The position numbers were made by a program, and so were the translations under genes. The notes beneath the pieces were generated by a model, which was not told where the DNA came from, made no database searches, and saw only the letters and a list, made by a program, of their open reading frames with translations. Positions 12,220 to 30,286 of a DNA stretch of 64,000 nt are shown here, piece after piece (positions within the stretch are counted from its first letter, which is position 1; every line of letters begins with the position of its first letter). Source of the DNA: Macrostomum lignano (taxonomy: Eukaryota); contig NIVC01001104.1 in the NCBI GenBank assembly GCA_002269645.1, positions 186,001 through 250,000 of the forward strand, written 5' to 3'.

Positions 12220-13240
12220 TTTTCAGTTACAGTTGGGATCTATTGCAGTTACAGTCGGGATTTATTGCAGTTACAGTCAGGATCTATTGCAGTTACAGTC
12301 AGGATCTATTGCAGTTACAGTTGGGATCTATTGCAGTTACAGTTGGGATCTATTGCAGTTACAGTCAGGATCTATTGCAGTTACAGTCGGGATTTATTGC
12401 AGTTACAGTTGGGATCTATTGCAGTTACAGTTGGGATCTATTGCAGTTACAGTCAGGATCTATTGCAGTTACAGTCGGGATTTATTGCAGTTACAGTCAG
12501 GATCTATTGCAGTTACAGTTGGGATCTATTTCAGTTACAGTTGGAATCTATTTCAGTTACAGTTGGGATCTATTTCAGTTACAGTTGGAATCTATTTCAG
12601 TTACAGTTGGGATCTATTTCAGTTACAGTCAGGATCTATTGCAGTTACAGTCAGGATCTATTGCAGTTACAGTCAGGATCTATTGCAGTTACAGTCGGGG
12701 TCTATTGCAGTTACAGTCGGGGTCTATTTCAGTTACAGTCGGGATCTATTGCAGTTACAGTCGGGGTCTATTTCAGTTACAGTCGGGATCTATTGCAGTT
12801 ACAGTCGGGATCGATTGCAGTTACAGTCGGGGTCTATTGCAGTTACAGTCGGGGTCTATTGCAGTTCCAATTGGGATCTGTTGCAGTTACAGTCGGGATC
12901 TATTGCAGTTCCAATTGGGATCTGTTGCATTTCCGATTAACATCTGTTGCATTTCCAATTGGGATCTATTGCATTTCCAATTGGGATCTGTTGCATTTCC
13001 AATTGGGATCTGTTGAATTTCCAATTTGGATCTGCTGCATTTCCAATTGGGATCTGTTGCATTTCCAATTGGGATCTGCTGCATTTCCAATTGGGATCTG
13101 CTGCATTTCCAATTGGGATCTGTTGCATTTCCGATTGGGATCTGCTGCATTTCCAATTGGGATCTGTTGCATTTCCAATTGGGATCTGTTGCATTTCCAA
13201 TTGGGATCTGCTGCATTTCCAATTGGGATCTGTTGCAGTT
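12220..13240. repeat. 22-bp minisatellite with two unit families (CAGTTACAGTYGGGATCTATTG, then CATTTCCAATTGGGATCTGYTG)
   Basis: About 46 visible units. The unit type switches around 12860-12960. The array lies just downstream of the GPCR stop codon. Confidence 0.95.
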
Positions 13241-13372
13241 TCCGAGAGAGACCAGGAGAAATCTGAGACCACTGGAGTGTCGAGAGATTCAATGAACTTC
13301 GTAGATATTCTAAGTCGGTCATTAAAAAAGTACTTGTTGTCCTTTATTGTCCATCCGGCCGGATCGCTTTCC

Positions 13373-18555
<5,183 letters not shown>

Positions 18556-18807
18556 CCTTGAGTTGATAGGACACGATCAGTCACTCAAAGAGGCTCAAGA
18601 GAAGGAGTTTGAGCTTGCAGCAGAATCACGCGGGTTTATGCAGCTTACCTATTTTAAGATGCAGTTTGATTGGCTAACCAATCATCAGGCTGGGGAGTTA
18701 GTGAGGAGCCGTCTGTATGGGTTATGCCTTTGGTAGGAATATAACGTTAAAACGTTAAAACGCTTGTAAAATTATTAACGGATGTTTGCTTCTAATTTCC
18801 CAATTGG

Positions 18808-19810
18808 TGTGCCCCAATACCCCAGTTGTTGAGGCCCAATACCAAAGTTGGTGATCCCCCAATACCCCAGTTGTTGAGGCCCAATACCAAAGTTGGTGAT
18901 CCCCCAATACCCCAGTTGGTGATCCCCCAATACCCCAGTTGGTGATCCCCCAAAACCCAAGTTGGTGATCCCCCATTACCCAAGTTCGTGATCCCCCAAT
19001 ACCCCAGTTGGTGAGCCCCCAAAACCCAAGTTGGTGATCCCCCATTACCCAAGTTCGTGATCCCCCAATACCCCAGTTGGTGAGCCCCCATTACCCCAGT
19101 TGGTGATCCCCCAATACCCCAGTTGGTGATCCCCCAATACCCCAGTTGGTGATCCCCCAAAACCCAAGTTGGTGATCCCCCATTACCCAAGTTGGTGATC
19201 TCCCAATACCCCAGTTGGTGATCTCCCATTACCCCAGTTGGTGATCCCCCAATACCCCAGTTGGTGATCCCCCAATACCCCAGTTGGTGATCCCCAAATA
19301 CCCCAGTTGGTGATCCCCAAATACCCCAGTTGGTGATCCCCCAATACCCCAGTTGGTGATCCCCAAATACCCCAGTTGGTGATCCCCAAATACCCCAGTT
19401 GGTGATCCCCCAATACCCCAGTTGGTGATCCCCCAATACCCCAGTTGGTGATCTCCTATTACCCCAGTTGGTGATCTCCCATTACCCCAGTTGGTGATCC
19501 CCCAATACCCCAGTTGGTGATCCCCCAATACCCCAGTTGGTGATCTCCTATTACCCCAGTTGGTGATCCCCATTACCCCAGTTGGTGATCTCCCATTACC
19601 CCAGTTGGTGATCCCCCAATACCCCAGTTGGTGATCCCCAAATACCCCAGTTGGTGATCCCCAAATACCCCAGTTGGTGATCCCCAAATACCCCAGTTGG
19701 TGATCCCCAAATACCCCAGTTGGTGATCCCCCAATACCCCAGTTGGTGAGCCCCCAATACCCCAGTTGGTGATCTCCCATTACCCCAGTTGGTGATCCCC
19801 AAATACCCCC
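18808..19810. repeat. 23-bp minisatellite CCCCAGTTGGTGATCCCCCAATA (G-run rich on the minus strand)
   Basis: About 43 visible units upstream of the GPCR ATG. Confidence 0.96.
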
Positions 19811-20384
19811 ATCCATTAGTAAGCGCATAGTTCAAATTAATTAATTTTTATTATTTAAGTAGATTTTCGGGACATTTCATCATTTCAGTATCTTATGTGA
19901 GCTCACAGTTTACTAGTTCCTTATAACTAAAATAATAAGTTGCTGAAGTTCTAAAATTGAATAGAAGAAAAATACGCTACTTCTCCATCGAAAAAAAATC
20001 GCCCAAGCATATCGAGCTCAGCAAATCCAAATGTGATGAAATTATATTAGACCAGCCTGGGGGGGGGGGGGGGTAAAAGCCTGCCTGAGCTCGTATTGCA
20101 TTGAATCCGATATTGGGCGACAGTTTTTCATAACGAAGGCCTCCGTGACTGCAGGAAAAGGCTTGCGTCTCTTATTAGATGGCCTCCCGCTGAGTTTAGC
20201 CTCAGAATTTAGCGAGCACCAGGTGCCCAGGGGTCCTGCATGGCGATTGTTGCGAGAGATGGAGAAATGGAAATTAAAACTGCTTTTGCAGCCCAACGAA
20301 AGGGGGCTGCCGGGGGTTGTTCTCCGGATTGTTGACTGAGGTTATATTACAGATGAGCATCAGGCATACTGCGGCTTTGGCGTT

Positions 20385-21808
20385 CCTGAGGACGCTCTGG
20401 GATTTCTGAGGATGCTCTGGGATTTCTGAAGAAGCTATGGGATTTCTGAAGATGCTCTGGGATTAATGAAGATGCTCTGAGATTTCTGAGGATGCTCTGG
20501 GATTTCTGAGGATGCTCTGGGATTTCTGAAGATGCTCTGGGATTTCTGAAGATGCTCTGGGATTTCTGAGGATGCTATGGGTTTCTGAGGATGCTATGGG
20601 ACTTCTGAGATGCTTTGGGATTTCTGAAGATGCTCTGGGATTTCTGAGGATGCTCTGGGATTTTTTGAAGATGCTCTGGGATTTCTGAAGATGCTCTGGG
20701 GTTTCTGAAGATGCTTTGGGATTTGTGAAGATGCTTTGGGATTTCTGAGGATGCTCTGGGATTTTTGAAGATGCTCTGGGATTTCTGAAGATGCTCTGGG
20801 GTTTCTGAGGATGCTATGGGGTTTCTGAGGATGCTGTGGGATTTCTGAGAATGCTATGGGACTTCTGTAGACGCTCTGGGATTTCTGAGGATGCTTTGGT
20901 TTTTCTGAAGATGCTTTGGGATTTGTGAAGATGCTCTGGGATTTTTGAAGATGCTCTGGGATTTCTGAAGATGCTCTGGGGTTTCTGAGGATGCTATGGG
21001 GTTTCTGTAGACGCTCTGGGATTTCTGAGGATGCTCTGGGATTTCTGAAGATGCTCTGGGGTTTCTGAAGATGCTCTGAGATTTCTGAAGATGCTATGGG
21101 TTTCTGAGGATGCTATGGGGTTTCTGAGGATGCTGTGGAATTTCTGAGGATGCTATGGGGTTTCTGAGGATGCTCTGGGATTTCTGAGGATGCTATAGGA
21201 CTTCTGTAGACGCTCTGGGATTTCTGAAGATGCTCTGGGGTTTCTGAAGATGCTATGGGGTTTCTGAAGATGCTCTGGGATTAATGATGATGCTTTGGGA
21301 TTAATGAAGATGCTCTGGGATTTCTGAGGATGCTCTGGGATTTCTGAAGATGCTCTGGGATTTCTGAAGATGCTTTGGGATTTCTGAAGATGCTTTGGGA
21401 TTTGTGAAGATGCTTTGGGATTTCTGAAGATGCTTTGGGATTTCTGAAGATGCTTTGGGATTTCTGAAGATGCTATGGGATTTCTGGGGATGCTTTCGGA
21501 TTTCTGAAGATGCTTTGGGATTTCTGAAGATGCTTTGGGATTTGTGAAGATGCTCTGGGATTTCTGAAGATGCTTTGGGATTTCTGAAGATGCTATGGGA
21601 TTTCTGAAGATGCTATGGGATTTCTGAAGATGCTTTGGGATTTGTGAAGATGCTCTGGGATTTCTGAAGATGCTTTGGGATTTCTGAAGATGCTTTGGGA
21701 TTTCTGAAGATGCTTTGGGATTTCTGAAGATGCTTTGGGATTTCTGAAGATGCTTTGGGATTTCTGAAGATGCTATGGGATTTCTGGGGATGCTTTCGGA
21801 TTTCTGAA
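20385..21808. repeat. 20-bp minisatellite GATGCTYTGGGATTTCTGA(A/G)
   Basis: About 70 visible units, more homogeneous toward the 3' end. Confidence 0.96.
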
Positions 21809-22432
21809 AGAGTTTTTCAGCATATAATAATGTTCAGCCTTTGACTTCCTGAAGATTATTTTCAGCGGCAATGTTCTACGTACATTTATCCAAGCAAGTG
21901 TTCAACGAAATTTTAATGCAGCATTGCTACGCTCATCGTGATATTAATTATCCAAAATAAATTTGTTTTACACAGTTCATTGCACCGTGTCAATCAGTAC
22001 AGTTCAAACAGTGTCTGGTTGAATTGGTAATGAACAGTAATATTGCTGTCTAAAGCTACAAGTTGATCCACTGACCCGCGGTAAATTAATTTACACTTGA
22101 CTTCACTCTGTTTTGCTCAATAGGCCGTGTGCAGGTCTCTAGCTAGCTACAATTATCACTTTGCACCTGCCCAAACTGCATGCATGGTTTAGCTTTCCAT
22201 GCTAAATATTGTTGACCATAAAGTGGCATAGTTCGGTTCGCGCAGAGGGAGAGGTGAGGGAGGAAGAGTGGCCGGCAGACAGGCTAGAACGGATGTTTAC
22301 AGTGGCCTGTAGCCATGTGTGATATGACTGTTGCTTAAGCATCAATTCGCTCCAACGGTGCACATTTGCTACTCTGATGGAGAGCTGCGGCAGCTGCATC
22401 TTGCATTGGATTTTTATTCTTAAATCGAGCCA

Positions 22433-23182
22433 ATGCGGTCTCCGTCTGTGCTGCATCGCGACAGCAACTATCTGGACGATTTTGGCTGCTACTTTGACAA
22501 TGACGGCGTTGAGAACGGCGTCGGCAGCGGCGGGCAAGGCAGCGGCGGCGGCAAGGATGCCGGCTGTTTGGTCCGCTGCGTCTGCGCGCTGGGCGACGGC
22601 TGCCTCGCTTTGGCCGGCCTGCTGGCTGCGCTGCTGCCGCTGTTGCTGCCAGCTGAGGCGCCGGCCTGCTGCTACGGCTGCCTGCAGCCGCTGGTGTCGG
22701 CAGCGGGGCTCGGACTGACAGCTGGCGCAGCGGGACTGGCGCTGACAGCCGGACTGGCGGGCTTAGCCGCCTCGGTGGCCAGCCGACGGGCTCGTGTTGG
22801 TCACGCGGTCGCCGCCGTGCTGACCGTCTGCTGCGCCCTGCTGGCAGCCAACGCCGGCGTCCTGCTGGCGAAGGAGGAGCGCCTGGCTGACCAACTGCTG
22901 ACGGCTTGCGGTGGCGCCGATTGGCGCGCCGCTCTCGGCATCAGCGCTGCTGGGGCGCTGATTCTGCTGGCTAAATCTGGCCTGAATTGGACTTGCTATT
23001 ATAAGTACTCGAGAGCGAGCGTCTACGATGGGCAGTACAATTTGGCCAAGCTGAGGAGGCAGCGGTGGCGCCGGCTCCGCCTGCAGCAGCGGCACCGGCA
23101 GCAGCGGCTGCAGGAGCCATTCCGCAGGGACCGTCGGCCTCGCGGTGGAAACAGACTGCAGGAGTTTGAGTTGACAATGTGA
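22433..23182 (+). CDS. Uncharacterised single-exon membrane protein, about 4 hydrophobic helices, basic C-tail (249 aa)
   Basis: GC-rich ORF with CTG/GCC-rich codon usage like the other host exons. It has four Leu/Ala/Gly-rich segments and several Cys. Family not recognised. Confidence 0.65.
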   Translation: MRSPSVLHRDSNYLDDFGCYFDNDGVENGVGSGGQGSGGGKDAGCLVRCVCALGDGCLALAGLLAALLPLLLPAEAPACCYGCLQPLVSAAGLGLTAGAAGLALTAGLAGLAASVASRRARVGHAVAAVLTVCCALLAANAGVLLAKEERLADQLLTACGGADWRAALGISAAGALILLAKSGLNWTCYYKYSRASVYDGQYNLAKLRRQRWRRLRLQQRHRQQRLQEPFRRDRRPRGGNRLQEFELTM

Positions 23183-23892
23183 CCGCTTTCTTTTGCACTT
23201 GATTTTGCTAATTAGAATTAATGTTATAAAAAATATAACTTAGTGAATGTACATTAGTCAGTTTACTCTTAAAGCCCATGAATGTGATGACTTTAATGGA
23301 GGATTTCACATGTTTACCTAGCTACCTTACCTAGGATTTCACATGTTTCATGTACAGTGTAGACTATCAGTAGAAGACAAAGCTGGTATCGGACGATAAA
23401 AGAGATTAAGCTAAAAGATTTTCAAAGGTATAGAAAATTAGCCCAGCAAACTAAGTCCAAGCTGCTTGTATCTAAATGGCTTTTTTCGCTCGACTTGAGT
23501 TCATATGGTTTCAATTTAGTGCGTCTTTTTCAGCAGATTTAGATCGATTATCAGACGCAAAAATTTATGCTTGAAAAATATGATTATCGTAGTACACACT
23601 CTGCTGCATGTACCTGTACTATATATTATGAATAAGGAGTCAGGACAGAGAGAACTTTTGATCTGAATTTGCCTGTACATGTAGTGTAGAACCTAAAAGT
23701 ATATGTCTAGATGTGCACTGATGACAACTGTGCTGAAATTTGTTTTTTAAGCAAAAGGCAACCGGTACATGTACAGATGATTGAAAGAAAGTACATTTAT
23801 GTTCTCAGTCAAGACTTAAAGTAGTAGCATTATATGGACGTACATGTAGCATGTATATGTCTTTTGATGTAATTTTGTATATATATATATGA

Positions 23893-24240
23893 GCAGCCCC
23901 GGCCGAGTGCGCGTATAGCCGTCAACGTCCACGTCTCTGTACAGCAGGACGGACTCGAGCACCGCCTGCCAAAGCCGAGACCTCTCTGGCGATCGGGCAG
24001 CACTTTAGACTGAAGAACAGCGCGAATCTACCAGCTAATAGACCGGTCAGGCAAGTCCTGAGATCTGTGCCGCCGGATGTGTCATCCTCTACGTTGAGCA
24101 ACAGTTGGAGCTACGTTGAGCCGTACGTGAACCGTCGGCAGCGTGCGAGCTTGGTCGTCTGCGCCAGCCCGCTGGGATTATCGGCTGGTAGGATGGTCAG
24201 CACCCCTCGGCCCTCGGCCCTCAGCGGTGTTGACAACATA
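23893..24240 (-). mobile_element. Decayed RTE-type LINE fragment (C-terminal part of the RT region)
   Basis: The minus strand translates, with frameshifts, to ...RAVLQSKVLPDRQR...QAVLESVLLY..ETWTLT, resembling the RTE-clade VESVLLYGSETWTLT motif. Confidence 0.6.
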
Positions 24241-24982
24241 CATTAAGGAAAGCCACTCGATCGATCTCATAGTAATTAAGGCTGAAGCTCCTTTAATAGT
24301 TGCACAATATTCAGCTGTCACAACTTAAGAATTGTCGATAAAAAAAAATTATTAGCCAATATTAGCACGGCCACTGCAGCCAAAAATTATACTGTTAACA
24401 TATAGCGAACAGAAAAAAATAGCTACCTTTGTAAATGCAATGTAAAAACTTTAAAAGCAAAATCTTGCAAACCCTATGCAATCTCATATGAATCTAAGTG
24501 TGATGAATTAAATGGGTTGACATAAGAGATGTAAGTGTTGTAGGTTTGGATAAAAAAGAGTAAGCAGGCTAACATAAAGGGTAGCATGACTTTCGCATAC
24601 CTTATCGTAATTTTAATAAGTCCTTCATCCTTCTGTGAGTTTTAAATAGCTGGAGATTTTCATACTTAATCCCAGAAAGTTTTAAAATAAAAAAAAGACT
24701 GCTTTTGCAAACACTTTTGTTTATGTCGTATAGTTCTAGGAAAAATACTTTAAAAACTTTGCAAGATCAGCATATTGATTATTGACGACTAATTTGTAAA
24801 ATCTGATCCTCCAAGTCCCCTGACATTGTGCGTTGCGTTAATCAAGCCCTTTCGCTTTCTTTGTAACTGAAATGCTTGATTTCTAGATATTTAGCTTACT
24901 TGAAATACTGCACAATAATCCAACTACAGCCAAACAGACTAGGCCCTACATAATCTTTCATACTGACGCTGACGCATAATAA

Positions 24983-27900
24983 ATGTCAATGATGACCAAT
25001 CTTCCTGTTATCGGTTGCATATTTAATCACGAAGTTGTTTGTTCACTTTTCCTACCAACATTTGCCGTGATTGGCGTTTTGACTGTAATATTTTTATTTC
25101 TATTTCGTAAGCCAAAGCCACCACCTTATTTGTTTGATGATAGTGAATCGATTCCATTTATCAAGAAAAAGAAGCAACCAAAATCCTCGGGCAGTAATGC
25201 TGAGACAAAGGAGACAAAGTCGAAGGTATAAGTTTTTAAAATAACACTTGCTTGCAACTAAAATATTTTGATGAAGAAGCCGATTTTTTTTTGACTTTTT
25301 GTAAATAGGCCTAATATAGGCATTAGTAATAGCAAAGTAATAGCAACTAACATTGGCTTGTATTAATATTAATATTTATAAGTAGGCCCACGCCAATGGA
25401 TTCTCAATACAAATACCTGTACAGTATTGGTTAGGCCCCTAGTTATTATACTAGGCCTAAAGTACTCCTATTAGCCCCTTTTAAGAGAAATTTCATTTAG
25501 GAATATACAAAACTTTAATTTACTATCATAGGGCCTATCATAATCCCATATACTAAAAATGATTATATCTGTAAATATAGAGGCCTAATTTTTTTAGCAT
25601 AGGGCCTAGCCATTCATAGGTACTTTGTATCAGTTTTATAATCCCAATAAATCATAAAAATGTAATTAAGTATAGAAATTTAGCATAAAATGCAAATTAT
25701 TATATATAATATTAAAATAAAACTTATTGTTATTGGTTATATTATTAATCACAAAGTTGTTTGTTCACTTTTCTTATCTATTAATCATTTTCTATTTATA
25801 AGCAATTTAGCAAAAAATAAAACAATAGGATAATTTGTCTAATTTTTTGTAAAAATAATAGGCCTTAGGCATTATTAGGCTTTACTATAATATGATATAT
25901 TAAAAACAAGTTTAAAATTTATTTTTTAAATCTTATAAAAGGCCAAAGATACAACTTTACAAGGATTTTAATTATTTTTATTATTAAACATTGGGTCTAT
26001 GACTAAGCCTATTATTAATACATTGAATAATTAAATAAGCCTAGTTCTAGTTATCAAATGTTATAAATATTTTGTTCCTAATCTAATCTTATTCTTAGTT
26101 TTAAATATTTTTTATTTTGTGGCTATGTATAATTTTTTTAATAATATGGTTTTATTAATTTTCTAAATCTAATATTGTTTTGTTTTTGCAGTAAGTAAAA
26201 TTGAATAAGACTAATATATATAGAATAATGTAATATATATTATAATTTTAATATTACATGTTACTTGATTGTCATTTGGTTATATTAGGCCTTTTGCAGC
26301 ATTAATAATACTTTAATTTAATATTAATTTTAATAATTAAATATTCATTAACAATATTAATATTAACAATGCATCTAGATAGACTAGAAAGTTGCAAGTT
26401 AAGTGTTCAAGTTGATTATACTAGGTTTACACAATTAGGATTCTACTATCAATCAGTTGATTATATAACAATATATGTAATCAAGATGATAAAATAGATT
26501 CATAAAAGCAAATGCACAGCTATATTTTTATGTGCTAAGAAAATGAAGACTTCCTATCTCTGTAGTGTATTTTCTCAAAAAACCTGCCTCCTAAAATTTG
26601 AGTATGGTCTTTTTTGTCTTACATTTGTATAGATTGTGTTGTCAATGAGTGCTATAATTTTCTTTTTCAAAAAATCAAATAGCTTTAATAATTTTATACT
26701 GCTTCAAATATTTTTGTTTAACAGGCAAAGTTGGCCTTAGCTACACAGCAAGTGAAGACCAAAGGCCAACAGCAGCAGCAAGGACAGACTGCTTCAGCTA
26801 CAGCTGCCTCTGTAACTGTGGTAACTAAATTTAAACTGTTTTTTTTTCAATTTTTTAATAGATTTTTTGGGTTCTACAGCCATTTATTATTTTTTAGACA
26901 CCAACGCCTGAGACTGTGAAGGTCAGCGCATCTGTTGCTCGTCGAGCTCCACCAGCAGGCGCCGCTGCTGACGCTGCCGACGCTTGGTTCGAGGTGACTA
27001 CCGGCGGCAAGAAGAAAGCGCTGAAGAAGGAGCCGCAGCACCTGACAAAGCAAGAGAAAACTAGGAGTTATAAAAAGGAAGAAAAATCAGAACAGAAAGT
27101 GGAACCTGGAGTGGAGTCTATGGCCAAGAAAGAAGTGCCTAAGGCTAAAGAGGAAGAACCCAAAGCCAAGAAGGAAGAGTCAAAGGCTAAGAAGGAAGAG
27201 CTGAAAGCCAAGAAGGAAGAACCCAAAGCCAAGAAAGAAGAGCCTAAGGTTAAAGAGGAAGAGCCTAAGGCCAAGAAGGAAGAGCCTAAGGCCAAGAAGG
27301 AAGAGCCTAAGGCCAAGAAGGAAGAGCCTAAGGCCAAGAAGGAAGAGCCTAAGGCCAAGAAAGAAGAGCCTAAGGCCAAGGAAGAGCCTAAGGCCAATAA
27401 GGAAGAGCCTAAGGCCAAGAAGGAAGAGCCTAAGGCCAAGAAAGAAGAGCCTAAGGCCAAGGAAGAGCCTAAGGCCAATAAGGAAGAGCCTAAAGCCAAG
27501 AAGGAAGAGCCTAAGGCCAAGAAAGAAGAGCCTAAGGCCAAGAAGGAAGAGCCAAAGGCCAAGGAAGAGCCAAAGGTTAAGCAAGATGTATCCAAAGCCA
27601 AGACACAGTCGCCTAAGGCTGCTGACAGTAGCGCAAACGACTCCGGTCTGGGCACCAGCTTTGTCGAAGTGCCCCTATCGCCTTCAAAGCCTGCCGCGGC
27701 TGCCCAGTCCGCTTCTACGCCAAAGAAGTCAAAGAAATCGCGCAAGCAGCCTATAGAAGTAGACGGTTTTGTCCTCGCTGACTTCTCGCCGCCGTCAAGC
27801 GCCAGCTCCGCGTCTCTGTCGCCGCCGGTGTCGCATCATTCCGATCCGCCTTCGACCAGTAGCGGCCCGGCTATTGCCTCCCTTGTTGAAGATGACGCAG

Positions 27901-28136
27901 AAGACATCGCTGGCAATGCGGCCTCCGGTGGAGGCAGTTCAAGCCAGACTTCCGGCTCGGCTAAGAAAAAGTTAAAGAAGCTTAACAAACAGCAGAAGCA
28001 GCAACAGCAGTCGGAAGGTCCCAAGCCTTCTGCTGCTGATCCGCCGCCCTTGCCTGCCACTGAGGAGGCTGACGGCTCCTCCGCCTGGGTTGAAGCGCCC
28101 AGCTCCAAGAAGCGTCGAGCCAGACGCGAGAACTAA
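24983..28136 (+). CDS. MTDH: Metadherin/LYRIC (AEG-1)-like single-pass membrane protein with a KEEPKAK repeat tract (about 525 aa)
   Basis: Exons 24983-25225 (AAG|GTATAA), 26725-26820 (aacag|, GTG|GTAACT) and 26898-28136 (ttttag|), all phase 0. An N-terminal TM anchor is followed by a Lys-rich region. The internal DAWFEVTTGGKKK and the C-terminal SAWVEAPSSKKRRARREN* resemble the metadherin end (WESPKQIKKKKKARRET, from memory). An RRBP1/kinectin-like identity is the alternative. Confidence 0.6.
27150..27575 (+). repeat. Coding 21-bp repeat (AAGAAGGAAGAGCCTAAGGCC = KKEEPKA) with 18-bp variants
   Basis: About 20 units visible in both DNA and translation. All length variants preserve the frame. 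Confidence 0.9.
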
Positions 28137-28397
28137 CTAAATTAATTGTCTCCAAATTTTCAAAGCGTTTTTTTCTTCTATTCCTTTCACCCGGGTGTCG
28201 GTTCTTTATTAGTTTGTTGATGAATTAATCATTTCTGCTAGACCGTATTTCTGTTTGTTGACAATTGCTTTTTTTATTTACTTTTCCTGGCCTGGGCGTT
28301 TAACCAAAGCGCGTATATAACAAAACAATAATGATATACACCTGGATTTCTAGTCTGGAGACGAAACATTTAAATTGACCTTCAGTTCGCTTTCCGG

Positions 28398-28582
28398 AAA
28401 GGGCCTGTCAACCTACGCTCATAAAGTGGAGCTATGACCTATGTACACAAATGATACTACAGTCCGCTCACAAAGAAGCTGGGTCTGGCAAAAAGCGACG
28501 ATAATTGGACTTGGGATAGGGGAGAACAAACAAGGGGATAATTAGGGATTCTACTTTATGAGCTTAAGTTGACAGGCCCTTT
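28398..28582. mobile_element. 185-bp MITE-like element with ~33-bp imperfect TIRs (AAAGGGCCTGTCAAC...)
   Basis: AAAGGGCCTGTCAACCTACGCTCATAAAGTGGA is matched by the reverse complement at about 28550-28582. The internal part has an AT-drifted homolog at about 53229-53315. No clear TSD. Confidence 0.65.
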
Positions 28583-30286
28583 TGTCTATGGTCCAACTGA
28601 GCTCCTACCCAGGTTAAAGGAATTTATAACCCCGCATTTGTCCCGGTCAAACAAGTCTACGGCCTTGTGTTGAAACGTATTTGTCCGAAGAAACCATAGT
28701 TTATTTGGACCATAGACCATAGACTATTTTGCAATTTTATCCAATTTCACAGCAAACGGTAGGGGAAGATTGTTCACTTTGGTTGGTTAAACATGTTCGT
28801 CCATCATAGACTCGCAATCTAGGTAGTATAAATATAGCTGAGGCGTCTCGACACTTATTAGCCTGTCTCAGCCATCAATATGAATATAATGGATTGCTAA
28901 TTGGGCCCATTTGCTCTTTCTTAATCGCTTTACCATTCCGAAGTTATTTATAGTTTCATACATGTATGCTCACAGGAAAAGGGAAGTTATACTGATAATC
29001 CATTATATTCCAAAGTATACTTCTACTATATTACTCGTTTGTTAATACGCTGATAATCTGGTGTCATTGACTCATTGGTACTGCGATTAAATGTTTTGTC
29101 GTTCGTTACTACATTGCAGGTGTGATATTATCAGATAAAAGGCAATAATTTCTCCTTTTTGAGTTTCCAGCAATAAAACTTGTGTCGAATTGTTTCTAGC
29201 GCTCTTCCATTCCCTGACATTTGTTTTGATGATGGGCTGCACCGCGATTTACTTGTACGATTTGTGTAGAGAGAATTATGAACATAATTATCATTATCGT
29301 ATATTTTTGATTCGCACTACCCCTCCGTTTCCGTTGCTCAAATGGCTGTTTTAATCAAATTTGTTTTCCCCATTCATCTCGAATTGTTTTCTCACTTATA
29401 GGTACGGAAGTTGCAATCAATTATATTGAAAAGTGCTATACAAGTCTTTAACTACATTTTGTCCTCGATCAGCCACTCGTGCCATTGATTTTTTGTCTCC
29501 CCCTCTGTTCCTGGTCCTCTCCTACCAGCTTGTTTCTCTTATATTATTTGAGTTTATTCTTTGTTTTAACAGCCAACTCTCTATCTGATTCCTGTTTTTT
29601 GTCTGATTTCTGCTCTTTTTTACTTCTTGCGTTAGACTGGTCCAGCTTTGCGAGTCCTGTTTCTCAATATTTAGTCACTTTGCGCTACTTGTTTTGCCGC
29701 TAACTTTGCAATGGTTTCATTGTCTCCCTCTGTCAGAATTGTTGCAATGTTCCTCAGTCTCATGATCATTTTTTTCTGTTCAATTTTGTGTTTTTGTGTT
29801 TGTTTTTGTTTTTTTTTCTTCTGGTTTTTTTCCAACCTGCGGCAAATGTGACTCCCCTCCCGTTTTTTTCGTTTGCTTTAACAAATTTCTCTGGTGAATA
29901 TATAAATAAATACATGATGAGTTATTATTATCTAATTATAATGCTTTACTAGCTGGGCACAAATGACTATAAAAGTGTGCTCGCGAAGTAATCGTTACGA
30001 CCTGCGAAGTTGTGTTTCTGTGGTTTCAACTGAAACTCGGTTTGGCTTAGCGTCGGAACAAGACAAGCAACTAGAATTCACAACTACATTCACAATGGTA
30101 AGTAACTAACCTACAATTGCAACTTAGACCATACACAAAATGCTCATATTTGTGCTGCGATTAAAATCAAACTGAAAATCATTTATTATAGAAAGATTCC
30201 GCTGTTTGCGGGGATGCGGTCTATGTTGTATTGCTTAAACTATGCTTAACAGACTCGTGAAGTTTATTCTCTCTGCATGTTATAAC

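Noticed and set aside
20145-20339. 64-aa ORF in moderately GC-rich unique DNA between two arrays
   Set aside because: No recognisable motif, GTG start and no convincing splice partners. Left uncalled.
29100-29880. Purine-skewed minus-strand stretch suggesting a decayed coding sequence
   Set aside because: All frames have multiple stops and I could not recognise any family motif.
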